Shown: piece by piece, positions 63,000-64,000 of the stretch | Layout of the letters: each line of letters begins with the position of its first letter | Numbering within the stretch: the first letter of the stretch is position 1 | Assembly: GCF_032444005.1 (NCBI RefSeq) | Contig: NC_091283.1 | Span: forward strand, 178,808,001 to 178,872,000 | From: Ranitomeya imitator | Taxonomy: Eukaryota | DNA length: 64,000 nt | Direction: 5' to 3' | Program-made: the position numbers and the translations under genes | The notes under the pieces: model-generated | What the model saw: the letters and a program-made list of their open reading frames with translations, nothing else | Told to the model about the DNA's origin: nothing | The model's database searches: none

Positions 63000-64000
63000 C
63001 CCCTTTACCCCCAAGGGTGGTTTGCACGTTAATGACCAGGCCAATTTTTACAATTCTGACCACTGTCCCTTTATGAGGTTATAACTCCGAAACGCTTCAA
63101 CGGATCCTGGTGATTCTGACATTGTTTTCTCGTGACATATTGTACTTCATGATAGTGGTAAAATTTCTTTGATAGTACCTGCGTTTATTTGTGAAAAAAA
63201 CGGAAATTTGGCGAAAATTTTGAAAATTTCGCAATTTTCAAACTTTGAATTTTTATGCAATTAAATCACAGAGATATGTCACACAAAATACTTAATAAGT
63301 AACATTTCCCACATGTCTCCTTTACATCAGCATAATTTTGGAACCAATTTTTTTTTTGTTAGGGAGTTATAAGGGTTAAAAGTTGACCAGCAATTTCTCA
63401 TTTTTACAACACCATTTTTTTTTAGGGACCACGCCTCATTTGAAGTCATTTTGAGGGGTCTATATGATAGAAAATGCCCAAGTGTGACACCATTCTAAAA
63501 ACTGCACCCCTCAAGGTGCTCAAAACCACATTCAAGAAGTTTATTAACCCTTCAGGTGTTTAATAGGAATTTTTGGAATGTTTAAATAAAAATGAACATT
63601 TAACTTTTTTACACAAAAAATTTACTTCAGCTCCAATTTGTTTTATTTTACCAAGGGTAACAGGAGAAATTGGACCCAAAAAGTTGTTGTCCAATTTGTC
63701 CTGAGTACGCTGATACCCCATATGTGGCAGTAAACCACTGTTTGGGCGCATGGGAGAGCTCGGAAGGGAAGGAGCGCTATTTGACTTTTCAATGCAAAAT
63801 TGACAGGAATTGAGATGGGACGCCATGTTGCGTTTGGAGAGCCACTGATGTGCCTAAACATTGAAACCCCCCACAAGTGACACCATTTTGGAAAGTAGAC
63901 CCCCTAAGGAACTTATCTGGATGTGTGGTGAGCACTTTGACCCACCAAGTGCTTCACAGAAGTTTATAATGCAGAACCGTAAAAATAAAAAATCATATTT
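63000..64000. mobile_element. Left part of a second non-autonomous piggyBac-like element (runs off window)
   Basis: TTAA|CCCCTTTACC start, colinear with 29644 onward, and includes the first ~390-bp satellite unit. Confidence 0.8.

Overview
This is eukaryotic, repeat-dense genomic DNA with three N-gaps. The TE repertoire suggests an amphibian, probably a frog; that is inference, not a database result. Most of the window is layered transposable elements and I could not confidently identify any host gene. Most short ORFs in the track are spurious or TE fragments. Main contents: (1) an apparently intact DIRS1-type tyrosine-recombinase retrotransposon (gag, RT/RNaseH/methyltransferase, YR, and ICR plus right terminus) inserted in a Tc1 remnant; (2) a piggyBac transposase fossil split by two solo LTRs; (3) a decayed L1-clade LINE; (4) several Tc1/mariner copies; (5) a 5'-truncated Penelope-like element (RT plus GIY-YIG) with ~577-bp inverted pLTRs carrying minimal hammerhead-ribozyme motifs, and four short fold-back insertions with 13-15 bp TSDs, one carrying a complete hammerhead fold; (6) nested solo LTRs, many Harbinger-type MITEs, a hAT MITE, a non-autonomous Helitron, L2/CR1 fragments, composite piggyBac-like elements with an internal ~390-bp satellite and telomere-like repeats, and 39-bp and 33-bp minisatellites. 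The best leads are the hammerhead-bearing short fold-back retroelements and a possible CAA-UGA-C gag-pol readthrough in the DIRS element. Both extend known biology; I see no proof of a wholly new system.
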